Counted from the stretch's first letter, positions 7,678 through 18,329 are shown. The stretch is DNA of 36,486 nt from Deltaproteobacteria bacterium TL4 (GCA_051382335.1 JBBCAX010000388.1:1-36486); one strand, 5' to 3'. Program-made: numbers and translations. The notes: generated by a model from the letters alone, not told the origin.

Positions 7678-8757
7678 ATGGAAAACGTGAATGTACTGAT
7701 TGTGGATGACAAAGAAGAAAATTTGTTTGCGATGGAGAACACGCTTCAAGACTTGGGACTGCATTTTATCAAAGTGACTTCTGGCAATGAAGCTTTAAAA
7801 TGGACTATTCGTGAAAAGTTGGCGGTCATTTTACTGGATGTGCAGATGCCGGAAATGAATGGTTTTGAGGTTGCTGAAACGCTGCGGGATTCCGAGGTAA
7901 CAAAGCACATTCCTATTATTTTTGTAACCGCAATCTACAAAGATCAGGAGTATCTGATCAAGGGCTATGAAACCGGAGCGGTGGACTATCTTTTCAAGCC
8001 GATTAATTCCCAGTTATTACGGAGTAAAGTTCAAGTCTTTGCGGATCTTTTCAGACAACAGCAGCGCATTGAAGTCCTGCATCAGCAAATGAAATCCTTT
8101 TTTGATATTGTCGCCAATGATTTGCGGATTGTTACAGGCAATCAATGGATCCAGGCCAAGTCGCTTTTGAATGAACTCAAAAACAGTGACTACGCCTTAC
8201 AAATGGAATCACTTGCTGAGAGGGCTCAGCGTTCCTACAAACTAGTCTATAACTGCATTGATTTGCTTTCCATGGAAAATCATGAAATCCTTCTACAAAA
8301 AGAAAAAACCTGTTTTTCAGAATTAGCGGAGAAAGTGATTGCGGATGTTCAACCGCTGGCTAAAATTAAAGAGATTGACCTGGTTTATGAGTCAAACGGG
8401 AATAATGACGTTGAGATGGATGCCAAGCGAATAGCTCAAGTCCTTACTAACTTGCTCAGCAATGCGATCAAATACAGCTATCCTTCAGGTACGGTAAAGT
8501 TAAGAAGTGTTTCAAAAAGAGAGGAATTATTGATAGAAGTGAGCGATACCGGCATGGGAATATCCCCCGACAATCTTAAAAAATTATTCGTCAAACACGA
8601 AAAGTTTATTCAGCCAGGCACCCAGGGAGAGCGTGGCACTGGCTTAGGTCTGACGCTTTCACAAGAACTCGTGCGCGCTCATAATTCCAGCCTTCAGGTT
8701 GAAAGCCAAGAGGGAAAAGGAAGTCGTTTTTTCTTCGCGCTTTCTAAAAAACAATAA
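7678..8757 (+). CDS. Hybrid REC-HisKA-HATPase protein with H-box His replaced by Asn
   Basis: REC domain (LIVDD, ILLDVQMP, FKP). H-box reads VANDLR. HATPase N/G boxes NLLSNAIKY, DTGMGI and GTGLGL. ATG 7678 preferred over GTG 7654. Confidence 0.9.
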   Translation: MENVNVLIVDDKEENLFAMENTLQDLGLHFIKVTSGNEALKWTIREKLAVILLDVQMPEMNGFEVAETLRDSEVTKHIPIIFVTAIYKDQEYLIKGYETGAVDYLFKPINSQLLRSKVQVFADLFRQQQRIEVLHQQMKSFFDIVANDLRIVTGNQWIQAKSLLNELKNSDYALQMESLAERAQRSYKLVYNCIDLLSMENHEILLQKEKTCFSELAEKVIADVQPLAKIKEIDLVYESNGNNDVEMDAKRIAQVLTNLLSNAIKYSYPSGTVKLRSVSKREELLIEVSDTGMGISPDNLKKLFVKHEKFIQPGTQGERGTGLGLTLSQELVRAHNSSLQVESQEGKGSRFFFALSKKQ

Positions 8758-8764
8758 TTTCGAG

Positions 8765-8893
8765 CTGTGCAGGTGGTTTGAAAATTAACCACGAAAAACA
8801 CGAAATAAATGAATTCCTCCGTGAAACCCTATTTTGCAGGTTTTATTTCGTGTTTTTAGTGTTTTTCGTGTTTAAAAAAAGGTACCTGCATAG
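8765..8893. repeat. Miniature inverted-repeat element of the CACGAAAAACACGAAA type
   Basis: aaaaacacgaaataaa (8794-8809) / tttatttcgtgttttt (8842-8857) form a perfect 16-bp IR, plus an extra gtgtttttcgtg unit. Outer ctgtgcaggt / acctgcatag IR (9/10). Confidence 0.7.
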
Positions 8894-8924
8894 GTGGAAA
8901 TTTAAACCTGTTGATGGGATCTGA

Positions 8925-10622
8925 GTGAAAAAGCCAAAGATTTTAATTGTTGATGACGAACAGGATGTGAGAACCCTGGTGGCCTTTGCCTTGAAGAACG
9001 AAGGCTATGACTTGTATTTCGCTGAAAATGGAGCAGAAGGCAATGTGCTTTTCCAGGAGATTTCACCGATTCTCATCGTCCTGGATTTGCAAATGCCAGT
9101 GATGACGGGGTTGGAACTTTTGGAAAAACTCAGGCCTTCCTCAAACTCCCCGTATATAGTCCTTGTCCTGACCGGCAACGGGAATGATGAGGAAGTGAAT
9201 GCCTGCTACAATCTGGGAATTCAAGGTTTTATCCGTAAACCCTGCAATTTGAATGAGCTGCGTGGCTTGATCAAACAAAGTATTCAATTGAAACAATCCC
9301 AACAAGCCTTAAAAGAACAACAGGAGGAAATCCTCCTGAAAAACGAGGATCTGTTGCAAGCAAAACAGGAACTTGAGGAAAAAGCGAGGGCGTTGGAAAT
9401 CACAGGAAAATATAAATCGGAATTTTTAGCAAACATGTCACATGAATTACGAACCCCCCTCAACAGTCTGTTGCTGCTCACGGAGCTTCTGGGACAAAAT
9501 AAAGAGGGGAATTTAACTGGGGAACAACTGAAATTCGTTCAAAGCATTCATAAAAGTGGAAAGGATTTACTGAACCTCATTGATGACGTGCTGGATTTAT
9601 CCAAAGTGGAAGCCGGTAAGATGACGATCCATCTGGAAAATATTACGACGAAAGACTTGGAAGATCATGTGAGCATGTATTTTCAGAATATTGCGAAAAA
9701 AAAAGGAGTCCAACTTTTGATTCAAACCGGGATTGCTTCTGAAACAGGATTGTGTATCGATTCGCAAAAAGTAAAACAAATTTTGAACAATCTGCTTTCA
9801 AACGCATTCAAATTTACCACGAAGGGAGCGGTCACCTTTCGTATTTCTGAAACAAGCCCGGAAGAGCTCAGAACGTATCACAGGGATTCCACAAAAAGGA
9901 TCACCCTGAGTGTTTCGGATACAGGAATTGGTATTGATGAAAAGGATCAAGCCCTGATTTTTGAAGCTTTCCGGCAGGTAGACGGAAGTATCAATCGGAA
10001 GTTTGAAGGGACGGGACTGGGACTATCCATCAGTAAACAATTTTGTGAGATGCTCGGAGGGAAATTGGTAGTGAACAGTCAATTGGGGCAGGGGTCGACG
10101 TTCACCCTATTTCTGCCAACACAGCCCATCGCGTCTTCTGCCGATAAATTTACGATGCCAGAGGAAACAATACCACCGTTGTTTTCCGGGAGACACGTCT
10201 CCGAACACAAGTCAGAACCTCTCCGCAATGAGGAAGTTCTCAAGCTCGATTTACACAAAAACAAGGTCATGATTGTCGATGATGACGCACGAAGTTCTTT
10301 TGCGGTAAGTACTCTTTTGCAAAAAAGAAACGCCAGTGTGCTTCAAGCGTTCAGTGGACGTGAAGCCATCAATTCCCTGGAGAAACATCCAGATTTGGAT
10401 TTGATTTTAATGGACATTATGATGCCTGAAATAGACGGGATTGAGACAACCCGATTGATTCGAAAGATGGAGGCGTTTGCCAAGATTCCCATCGTCGCCA
10501 TTACCGCTAACGCCGATCCCCAGTGCAAGCAGGATTGTTTCGCCGCCGGAATGAATGACTATTTGATGAAACCGATTGATTCCGTGAAATTGCTGACGAT
10601 TGTACAAGAATTATTGTCTTAA
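8925..10622 (+). CDS. Soluble hybrid histidine kinase REC-HisKA-HATPase-REC
   Basis: N-terminal REC (LIVDD, LDLQMP). H-box FLANMSHELRTPLN, then NLLSNAFKFT and GTGLGL. C-terminal REC (LMDIMMP, KP). Confidence 0.95.
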   Translation: MKKPKILIVDDEQDVRTLVAFALKNEGYDLYFAENGAEGNVLFQEISPILIVLDLQMPVMTGLELLEKLRPSSNSPYIVLVLTGNGNDEEVNACYNLGIQGFIRKPCNLNELRGLIKQSIQLKQSQQALKEQQEEILLKNEDLLQAKQELEEKARALEITGKYKSEFLANMSHELRTPLNSLLLLTELLGQNKEGNLTGEQLKFVQSIHKSGKDLLNLIDDVLDLSKVEAGKMTIHLENITTKDLEDHVSMYFQNIAKKKGVQLLIQTGIASETGLCIDSQKVKQILNNLLSNAFKFTTKGAVTFRISETSPEELRTYHRDSTKRITLSVSDTGIGIDEKDQALIFEAFRQVDGSINRKFEGTGLGLSISKQFCEMLGGKLVVNSQLGQGSTFTLFLPTQPIASSADKFTMPEETIPPLFSGRHVSEHKSEPLRNEEVLKLDLHKNKVMIVDDDARSSFAVSTLLQKRNASVLQAFSGREAINSLEKHPDLDLILMDIMMPEIDGIETTRLIRKMEAFAKIPIVAITANADPQCKQDCFAAGMNDYLMKPIDSVKLLTIVQELLS

Positions 10623-10833
10623 ACGCGCCTTAAACCTGCACACATTTATCTGTTTATTATTGCTGAATTGTGCTAGGAGTGCGTTCCATAAGTGAACTTC
10701 ACTTTTTGGGTGCGTTTGCATCACGTAAGCGGCACCGCATTGACTACAGTTTCAAGAAGTGAAAGCCAGGACTTTTAGAAAATGAACAAATGATACAATA
10801 CAATGAGATGACACAGGAGTAGAGAAGGGTCGT

Positions 10834-12627
10834 ATGAAAGCAATGCATCGCACTAATTATTGTGGAGATTTAAGGGCGTCCCATATTGGCAAAGAAGTGG
10901 TACTGATGGGATGGTGTTCTACCCGCCGAGATCATGGTGGGGTGATTTTTGTGGATTTACGGGATTATACCGGACTTGCTCAAATTGTGTTTCGTAAAGA
11001 AGTGAATGCGACAGCCCATGAACAGGCGGATTCCATTCGCAGCGAGTATGTTTTGGCCATCCGTGGAAAAGTCGAGCATCGGGAAGAAGGAAACATCAAT
11101 CCCAAGCTGCCGACAGGAGAGATTGAAATTATTGTGGACACTTTGGAAATCTTGAATGTTTCTGAACCTCCGCCCTTTGCTTTGGATGAACGGACTCCGA
11201 TTGATGAGAAAACACGATTGACCTATCGGTTCCTGGATCTGAGACTGCCGAAGATGCAAAGAAATATGATTTTACGTTCCAAAGCGATGCAAGTGGTTCG
11301 GAATTTCTTGGTGGAACAACGGTTTTTTGAAATCGAAACACCGATCCTGACGAAGTCGACTCCTGAAGGAGCAAGGGATTACCTGGTTCCCTCCCGTGTC
11401 AACCCGGGGATGTTTTATGCCCTACCGCAATCACCTCAGCTCTTCAAGCAATTATTGATGTGTAGCGGCTACGATCGCTACATGCAAATTGCCCGTTGTT
11501 TTCGGGATGAAGACCTGCGTGGAAACCGACAGCCTGAGTTCACTCAAATCGATCTGGAGTTGAGTTTCATAACCCCCGAAGAAATCTATGAAATCATCGA
11601 AGGACTCCTGGTGAAACTGTTCAAGGAAACCATCGATGTTGAAGTGAAAAGACCTTTTCCCCGAATGACCTATCAAACCGCGATGGCCGACTATGGCAGC
11701 GATGCCCCCGATGTTCGCTTTGAACTAAAATTGAAAGATCTGTCTGATATTGCGGCAGAGTGTGGTTTGAAAGTCTTCACTCAGGCCGTCGCAAAGGGAG
11801 GACAAGTCAAAGCGATTTGTGTTCCTGGCGGGGCCTCAGAGTTTTCAAGAAAGCAGCTTGATGACTTGACAGACTTTGTCAAAATCTACGGAGCCCAGGG
11901 AATGGCTTGGGTCAAACGAAATCCAGAAGGCTGGCAGTCCCCGATTGCGAAGTTTTTCTCTCCAGAAGATCAACGGGCTGTTGAGGAACGCTTGAACATG
12001 AACGTTGGCGATTTGGTCCTTTTTTGCGCGGATACGCCTAAAATCGTCGCTGATTCACTTGGAAACCTGCGTAAAGAAATTGCGCGAATGTCCCATATCA
12101 TTCCTGAAAATGAATATAAATTTACTTGGGTTACCGACTTCCCTCTTTTTGAATACAGTGCGGAGACCAAACGCTATGGAGCGACTCATCATCCGTTCAC
12201 AATGCCGAATTTAGACGATATGGAGAAGTATTTGAAGAGTGATCCTCTGAAGATTCGCTCTGTTGCCTACGATGTCGTATTGAATGGCGTTGAACTGGGT
12301 GGAGGAAGCATCCGTATTCATCGTGGTGATATTCAGAAAAAAATTTTTGAATTATTGGAACTCAGTGAAGAGGAGATCGAAATCAAATTTGGTTTTCTGA
12401 TCAAGGCCCTTTCTTATGGGGCACCTCCACACGGAGGACTTGCCCTGGGGTTTGATCGGCTCATGATGTTTTTACTCAATACCGATTCTATTCGGGATGT
12501 CATTGCCTTTCCTAAAACACAGAAAGCGAGCTGTCTGTTGACTCAGGCACCTTCCCCTGTGGATAAAAAACAGCTGGATGAACTGCATATTCGTTTGAAA
12601 AGCGCTGCACCAACCGACGCATCATAA
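10834..12627 (+). CDS. aspS: Aspartate--tRNA ligase (probably non-discriminating Asp/Asn type)
   Basis: Motifs [54 protein letters not shown] and [12 protein letters not shown] and EGNINP are features of ND-AspRS. Confidence 0.97.
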   Translation: MKAMHRTNYCGDLRASHIGKEVVLMGWCSTRRDHGGVIFVDLRDYTGLAQIVFRKEVNATAHEQADSIRSEYVLAIRGKVEHREEGNINPKLPTGEIEIIVDTLEILNVSEPPPFALDERTPIDEKTRLTYRFLDLRLPKMQRNMILRSKAMQVVRNFLVEQRFFEIETPILTKSTPEGARDYLVPSRVNPGMFYALPQSPQLFKQLLMCSGYDRYMQIARCFRDEDLRGNRQPEFTQIDLELSFITPEEIYEIIEGLLVKLFKETIDVEVKRPFPRMTYQTAMADYGSDAPDVRFELKLKDLSDIAAECGLKVFTQAVAKGGQVKAICVPGGASEFSRKQLDDLTDFVKIYGAQGMAWVKRNPEGWQSPIAKFFSPEDQRAVEERLNMNVGDLVLFCADTPKIVADSLGNLRKEIARMSHIIPENEYKFTWVTDFPLFEYSAETKRYGATHHPFTMPNLDDMEKYLKSDPLKIRSVAYDVVLNGVELGGGSIRIHRGDIQKKIFELLELSEEEIEIKFGFLIKALSYGAPPHGGLALGFDRLMMFLLNTDSIRDVIAFPKTQKASCLLTQAPSPVDKKQLDELHIRLKSAAPTDAS

Positions 12628-12641
12628 ATAGGGAGAGCACT

Positions 12642-13730
12642 ATGCATCAGAAAAAGCTGACTGTCGGGATCCTCTGCGGAGGAAAAAGTGGAGAGCATGA
12701 GGTCTCGTTAATTTCGGCGAATAATATTCAAGCGCAGTTGAATCGGGACCAGTATGAGGTTAAAATTATTGGAATTGACAAAAACGGGAAGTGGTTTTTA
12801 AACCATGACTCTGAATTTCTGAAACATGCAGATGATATTCGGCAGGTTTCTCTGGATCGCTCCAAACCCGAAGTATATCTCCAGGAAAAAGGGCAGTTGA
12901 TGAGCGTAGCAACAGGCGCCTGTTTGAGTCAAGTGGATGTCTTCTTTCCTATAACACACGGAGAATATGGTGAAGATGGAGCGTTGCAAGGCTATCTTAC
13001 CTTAATGGATGTTCCTTATGTCGGACCGGATGTTTGGGGTTCCGCAATTGGCATGGACAAGGATGTTTGTAAGCGCTTATTACGAGATAGCGGTATTCCA
13101 ATCACTCCCTTTATCACCCTGGTTGCCCCTGCTCACCTCAGCTTTGAAGATGCTGTTGCGAAACTGGGCTTGCCGTTGTTTGTAAAGCCTTGTCGACAAG
13201 GTTCCTCTATTGGTATTTCAAAAGTGAGTGAGGAGGCTGCCTTTCAAAAAGCGTTGCAAAAGGCCTGGGCTTATGATCGGAAAATCTTGATCGAACAAGC
13301 CTTTGTAGGACGGGAAATAGAGTGTGCGGTTTTGGGAAATGAGCAGCCGGAAGCGTCCCATGTTTTGGGAGAAATTGTCCCTCGACATGAGTTTTATTCC
13401 TATGAGGCTAAATATGTTGATGAGCATGGCGCCGATTTGATCATTCCCGCCCTGTTAGCCGACGCTCTGGTTCAGGAGCTTCGACAAGCTGCGGTGAAGA
13501 CATTTCAAGTGCTGGAATGTCAAGGCTTGGCAAGAGTGGATTTTTTTGTGGAGGCGAAAGGTGGATTTGTGGTGAATGAAATCAACACCCTTCCCGGCTT
13601 TACAAGCATCAGTATGTATCCGAAGCTTTGGGAAGCCTCCGGAAAGCCTTATCCCCGATTATTGGACGCCTTAATTACGCTGGCAATGGAGAGAAAACAG
13701 CAAAAAGATGGTTCAAGCAAGGGGCTATGA
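12642..13730 (+). CDS. ddl: D-alanine--D-alanine ligase
   Basis: Motifs GGKSGEHEVS, HGEYGEDG, GSSIG and NEINTLPGFT. The omega loop YSYEAKY has Tyr (D-Ala-D-Ala type). Confidence 0.95.
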   Translation: MHQKKLTVGILCGGKSGEHEVSLISANNIQAQLNRDQYEVKIIGIDKNGKWFLNHDSEFLKHADDIRQVSLDRSKPEVYLQEKGQLMSVATGACLSQVDVFFPITHGEYGEDGALQGYLTLMDVPYVGPDVWGSAIGMDKDVCKRLLRDSGIPITPFITLVAPAHLSFEDAVAKLGLPLFVKPCRQGSSIGISKVSEEAAFQKALQKAWAYDRKILIEQAFVGREIECAVLGNEQPEASHVLGEIVPRHEFYSYEAKYVDEHGADLIIPALLADALVQELRQAAVKTFQVLECQGLARVDFFVEAKGGFVVNEINTLPGFTSISMYPKLWEASGKPYPRLLDALITLAMERKQQKDGSSKGL

Positions 13731-14206
13731 AAATACTATCTTCGCCTGACTTGAATGTGGTATTAGTCGAGCCTCAAATTCCTCCGAATACGGGAAACAT
13801 CGCACGTTTATGTGCCGCAGCCCAGTGTCATTTGATATTGGTCGGAGACTTGGGCTTTGAACTTTCTGATCGCTACCTCAAGCGGGCAGGATTGGATTAT
13901 TGGGATTATGTAAGCTGGGAACACGTAGAGGGAGAGCCTAAATATTACTTGAACACCCTTTCTTCCGAGCGGTGCCACCTCTTGACGACGCATTCTCAGC
14001 AACCTTACACTCACATGTCAATTCAAAGGGGAGACTATTTCTTTTTTGGCAAAGAAACGGCGGGACTTCCAAAAAATTGGTTGGAAGAGCATCCCCAGCA
14101 AACGTTTACCATTCCTATGTGGGAGCCGAAGGTGCGAAGTCTCAACTTGTCTTCTGCCGTATCCATCATCGTGTATGACGCGTTACGGAGGATACGTGAA
14201 TTTTAA
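13727..14206 (+). CDS. trmL: tRNA (cytidine/uridine-34-2'-O)-methyltransferase, SPOUT family
   Basis: Motifs EPQIPPNTGNIAR, KRAGLDYW, FGKETAGLP and RSLNLS. The ATG at 13727 overlaps the ddl stop (ATGA). Confidence 0.93.
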   Translation: MKILSSPDLNVVLVEPQIPPNTGNIARLCAAAQCHLILVGDLGFELSDRYLKRAGLDYWDYVSWEHVEGEPKYYLNTLSSERCHLLTTHSQQPYTHMSIQRGDYFFFGKETAGLPKNWLEEHPQQTFTIPMWEPKVRSLNLSSAVSIIVYDALRRIREF

Positions 14207-14221
14207 CAGAGTTTTATTACC

Positions 14222-14851
14222 ATGCTCCTAGAAATCAACCCGGAAAACCCTCAACAACGCCTGATTGATCAAGCAGTGTCTTTTTTGAAAAATGATGGCG
14301 TGATCATTTACCCAACCGATACGGTGTACGGATTAGGGTGTAGCGTTTTCAGCAAAAAGGGAATGGAACGTATTTGCCGTATCAAGGATGTTGACCGCAA
14401 AAAGCCCTTGACCTTTATCTGTGCGAATGAACGTCAGATTCAGGAATATACTCAAGGTATTTCAAATCCCATTTTTAAAATAATCCGCCGTGAGTTTCCT
14501 GGTCCCTATACCTTCATTTTTTACGCATCCCGGGAAGTGCCGAAAATGATGCTGACCAAACGGAAAACCATTGGTGTCAGGTACCCCAAGCATCCGATTC
14601 CACTCAGTTTGGTTACCACTTTGGGTCATCCCATCCTGAGTACCAGTTTGCGAATCTCTGAGGAGGAACTGTATGATGATCCCCTTGATCTGCATGAAGT
14701 CTATGAAAAGAGAGTTGATGCGGTCATCGACGGGGGTTCCATTTTTTCTGAAAACTCCACCATTATTGATTTTACCATGTCACCCCCGGAAATCGTGCGT
14801 TATGGAAAAGGTCCAACGGATTGGATGGAAGAAATTATGAAAGGGGCATGA
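14222..14851 (+). CDS. Sua5/YrdC/YciO family protein (TsaC-like)
   Basis: Motifs IIYPTDTVYGLGC, PGPYTFI, KRKTIGVR, STS and STIID. Confidence 0.9.
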   Translation: MLLEINPENPQQRLIDQAVSFLKNDGVIIYPTDTVYGLGCSVFSKKGMERICRIKDVDRKKPLTFICANERQIQEYTQGISNPIFKIIRREFPGPYTFIFYASREVPKMMLTKRKTIGVRYPKHPIPLSLVTTLGHPILSTSLRISEEELYDDPLDLHEVYEKRVDAVIDGGSIFSENSTIIDFTMSPPEIVRYGKGPTDWMEEIMKGA

Positions 14852-14993
14852 TCTGAATGGACGAAGTTATGATCAAATCCTATCCTAACTTCACACTTTA
14901 CACTTCCCGCTCTTCAGTCAGGAGGTTAAGCGAACAGACTTCAATGTGGAATTTTAACCGTTTTGAGTCGATCAATCTATCAATAAAACGGAG

Positions 14994-16130
14994 ATGAGCA
15001 GTATGAATAGAGTTGTCATCAGTGGTACCGGTTTATATACCCCATCCGAGTCGATTTCCAACGACGAACTGGTAGCCTCTTTTAATCAATATGTCTGGAA
15101 TTACAATCAAACGCATGCCCAAGAAATTGAAAACGGAGATCTGGAACCCCTTTTGGAGTCAAGTGCTGAATTTATTGAGAAAGGTTCTGGAATCAAAAGT
15201 CGCTATGTGATGAATAAATCAGGGATTCTGGATCCCGAAATCATGGCCCCTCGCATTCCTGAACGCTCCAATGAAGAACATTCCTTACAATGCGAAATGG
15301 GCATGGTTGCCGCGCAAGAAGCGATGAACAACGCGCAGAAAACTCCGGCAGACATTGACGCGGTTCTGGTTGCCTGTTCCAACCTCCAACGCCCTTATCC
15401 CGCAATTTCTGTAGAACTCCAAAATGCTTTGGGGATTACAGGTTTTGCCTTTGATATGAATGTGGCCTGTTCTTCGGCAACGTTTGGTTTACAAGCGGCC
15501 ATTGACTCCATTCTGAGCGGAAATACACGGTGTGTGTTAGTCGTCAGTCCAGAAATCTGCTCCGGTCATTTGAATTTCAGAGACCGTGATAGTCACTTTA
15601 TCTTCGGAGATGCGTGTACGGCAATTCTTGTGGAACGGGCGGAAACTTGTAAAAACAAGGAAGCCTTCGCCGTTCTGGGAACACGGTTGATCACACAATA
15701 TTCCAATAACATTCGCAACAATTTTGGTTTCATGAACCATACTCATCCCGAAACAGCCCAAAATGCGGATAAGCGGTTTGTTCAAGAAGGCAGAAAAGTC
15801 TTCAAGGAAGTGATTTCCCTGGTTGCGGGCTTAATCACAGAGCATCTTTCTGAGTTTCAAATTGAGCCTTCCTCGTTAAAAAGGATGTGGCTTCATCAGG
15901 CAAATGCAAATATGAACCGTTTGATCGGCAGGAAAATTCTGGGACGCGACACAACCGCCGAGGAAGCGCCTGATATTTTGGATGAATATGCCAATACGAG
16001 TTCCGCTGGATCAATCATTGCTTTCCATAAATACCATGAGGATTTCCAAGTGGGTGATAAAGGCGTCATCTGCTCTTTCGGCGCAGGGTATTCTGTGGGA
16101 AACGTCATCCTCGAAAAAATCAACATCTGA
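14994..16130 (+). CDS. Beta-ketoacyl-ACP synthase III (long FabH-like)
   Basis: Catalytic triad motifs VACSSA, LHQAN and YANTSSA, plus FGAG and HFIFGD. Confidence 0.92.
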   Translation: MSSMNRVVISGTGLYTPSESISNDELVASFNQYVWNYNQTHAQEIENGDLEPLLESSAEFIEKGSGIKSRYVMNKSGILDPEIMAPRIPERSNEEHSLQCEMGMVAAQEAMNNAQKTPADIDAVLVACSNLQRPYPAISVELQNALGITGFAFDMNVACSSATFGLQAAIDSILSGNTRCVLVVSPEICSGHLNFRDRDSHFIFGDACTAILVERAETCKNKEAFAVLGTRLITQYSNNIRNNFGFMNHTHPETAQNADKRFVQEGRKVFKEVISLVAGLITEHLSEFQIEPSSLKRMWLHQANANMNRLIGRKILGRDTTAEEAPDILDEYANTSSAGSIIAFHKYHEDFQVGDKGVICSFGAGYSVGNVILEKINI

Positions 16131-16137
16131 TTGTAGC

Positions 16138-18270
16138 ATGAAGCCACCTAAACTCGAATTACTCATAGAAACGCTCAAAAGCCAGGATCTGACCCAAGTC
16201 GAGAAGTTGAAAGCCTCCCTTTCTGAAACGGAAAAATGGACGGTTGCCTCAGAAAGTTTTGAGATCATGAAATATCTGATTTCTTCAACGTTGAACCCCT
16301 CAATCAATCAGGCGTTTTTAAAAATTTCGACTGCCATGGAAAGCCTGTTTTTCCACCAGCTCCGTACCGCAAACCAAAATCTGATCAACTCTCCCACTTA
16401 CTGGACCCAAAAAATTGAATTACTGAAAGAAATTCCAATCTTTGATGATGCCAGCATGCTGGATTTGATGACGATTGCGGAAGATGTTGAAGAAATTGAC
16501 TTATTTGAAAAAGAACCTTTTCTGGTCCAGGGAGAACCCGTAAGGGGCGTCTTTCTGCTGAAAGAATATGCCCATGTGTATGTGGCCGACTTCAAAGATC
16601 CCATCACGATGCGTAATGGAATTTTTGGTGAAGAAGCTTGCGCGATTGGCGTCGAAAACGCCTCAGCAACGGTTTTTCCCTCCGCAGATGGCTATGGCTA
16701 TTTTATTCCCAGGAAAAAATTTGTGGAACGAACCATGAAAGTTCCCGGGATTCAAAAACGAATTTTTCAAATGGTCATCAATCGTGCCAAGGAAGATCGA
16801 CTTGAGGCCTATAAAGAGAAAAGACACGCCGAGACAAAACAACAGTTAATTCAAGAAATACTCGATAATATTGGACATGCGTGTTTATCCATCAATGAAG
16901 CTGGAGAAATCGGTAATTATTCAGCCATTACCGAACACTATTTGAACGCAAAAAATTTGATGGGTGCCCCTTTTGCGGATATTGCGCTCCGACAGGATCA
17001 TGAAGCGCTTCGAGGATATTATCGGGCCTTAAGTCTTTTGTTCGGGAATAATACCTTCGACCCTGAACTCATCTTGAGCATCCTCCCCTCCGAAATAAAC
17101 ATCAACCACCGTATTCTCAAATTAAAATATTTCTTTGTTCAGGATAGTAGCGGATATGTCATGTCGGTCTTTATCCGCATGGAGGATATCACACAAGAAC
17201 GGCAGAATATCCTCCACGAAGAAAAACAGAACCTCATTCTTGGCAAAATGCGTCAGGATATTGAGGGATTTCTCAATATGCTGAAGGAGTTGGAACGCTG
17301 TTTGACCTCCGTGCAGGAATTTTCCGAATCTTATTATAATGTTTCCAAACAACCCGAAAATGAGGCGATTGGCGCCCTGATGAGAATCTTGCATGGCATG
17401 AAAGGGTTGGTCGGGCAGTATGAATTTCATGAAATAAGAAACACACTCCACCTTCTTGAAGATTGTGTTCGTTTAATCGCGGAAAACGGGTTTGGTGAGT
17501 TTGAAGGTCGTTTTTTAGAACTTCAAACCGAATTTGAATCAGGTTTTCAGTATGCGCAATCGTTCAAAGAAAACTTGGGGCCGGAAATCATCCGGATGCT
17601 GGAAGGCGTTACTTTTTCACAACAGGAATTCGAGGAACTGTTGCAAACCTTACAGGCCGGAGAGCTTCAAAAAGCGTGTTCCCTAGTTACTCAAAAACTA
17701 CATGTTCCCGCGACAACCATCATCAAAGGTTGGGAGAAAGATATCCATTCATTGGCAGAAAGCTTGGGCAAGAAAGTTGAGTTGAAACTTTCGCTTCAAG
17801 CCGGTCTAACCCTCAATAAATCGTTGGCGAATACGTTGGGAATAGATCTGGGACACCTATATCGGAATGCCATCGATCATGGAATTGAGGTCCCCAAAGA
17901 ACGAAGGGCTCTGGGGAAGAGCGAAACAGGGCTCATTCATGTCAAAATGTATTCAACGGAACAGCATCTGATCATTCTGATTGAGGATGATGGTCAAGGG
18001 CTGAATGAGAAAAAAATTCTGGAAACCGCGAAGAATAATAAATATTTGGACCAAAACCTCGTAAACCAATATATCAAATCCGGAAAAATTTGGAAAATTC
18101 TCTTTATGCCAGGATTTTCCACCAAAACTTCAATCACCAAAATATCAGGACGTGGTGTGGGAATGGATGCGGTTCAAGCCACCATTCGCAAATATGGTGG
18201 CGAAATCATAATGAAGAGTCAGCAAGGTAAAGGGAGTGTTTTTGCGACCAAACTCCCTCTAAACGCATGA
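16138..18270 (+). CDS. cNMP-binding / PAS-like / HPt / CheA-type HATPase kinase lacking a CheW domain
   Basis: cNMP-like LLKEIPIF..QGE..GIFGEEA..SATV. PAS-like IQEILDNIG. HPt RILHGMKG. P4 motifs HLYRNAIDHGIE, DDGQGL, FMPGFST and SGRGVGMD. The protein ends right after P4. ATG 16138 avoids overlap with fabH. Confidence 0.85.
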   Translation: MKPPKLELLIETLKSQDLTQVEKLKASLSETEKWTVASESFEIMKYLISSTLNPSINQAFLKISTAMESLFFHQLRTANQNLINSPTYWTQKIELLKEIPIFDDASMLDLMTIAEDVEEIDLFEKEPFLVQGEPVRGVFLLKEYAHVYVADFKDPITMRNGIFGEEACAIGVENASATVFPSADGYGYFIPRKKFVERTMKVPGIQKRIFQMVINRAKEDRLEAYKEKRHAETKQQLIQEILDNIGHACLSINEAGEIGNYSAITEHYLNAKNLMGAPFADIALRQDHEALRGYYRALSLLFGNNTFDPELILSILPSEININHRILKLKYFFVQDSSGYVMSVFIRMEDITQERQNILHEEKQNLILGKMRQDIEGFLNMLKELERCLTSVQEFSESYYNVSKQPENEAIGALMRILHGMKGLVGQYEFHEIRNTLHLLEDCVRLIAENGFGEFEGRFLELQTEFESGFQYAQSFKENLGPEIIRMLEGVTFSQQEFEELLQTLQAGELQKACSLVTQKLHVPATTIIKGWEKDIHSLAESLGKKVELKLSLQAGLTLNKSLANTLGIDLGHLYRNAIDHGIEVPKERRALGKSETGLIHVKMYSTEQHLIILIEDDGQGLNEKKILETAKNNKYLDQNLVNQYIKSGKIWKILFMPGFSTKTSITKISGRGVGMDAVQATIRKYGGEIIMKSQQGKGSVFATKLPLNA

Positions 18271-18329
18271 AGCGCCAAGACTGAATCACCACCGGAACTC
18301 AGCTCACCCTTAACTCACTGGAGAATTCA

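Noticed and set aside
10670..10745. Degenerate REP-like sequence or riboswitch upstream of aspS
   Set aside because: Only short imperfect palindromes, with no RNA family motif I can support.
13628..13726. N-terminal extension of trmL
   Set aside because: It lies inside ddl. The ATGA overlap at 13727 gives a normal-length TrmL.
12642..13730. Vancomycin-resistance ligase
   Set aside because: The omega loop is Tyr-type, the context is housekeeping, and vanH/vanX are absent.
15982..16137. N-terminal extension of the CheA-like ORF
   Set aside because: It overlaps fabH by about 150 bp. ATG 16138 just after the fabH stop is more plausible.
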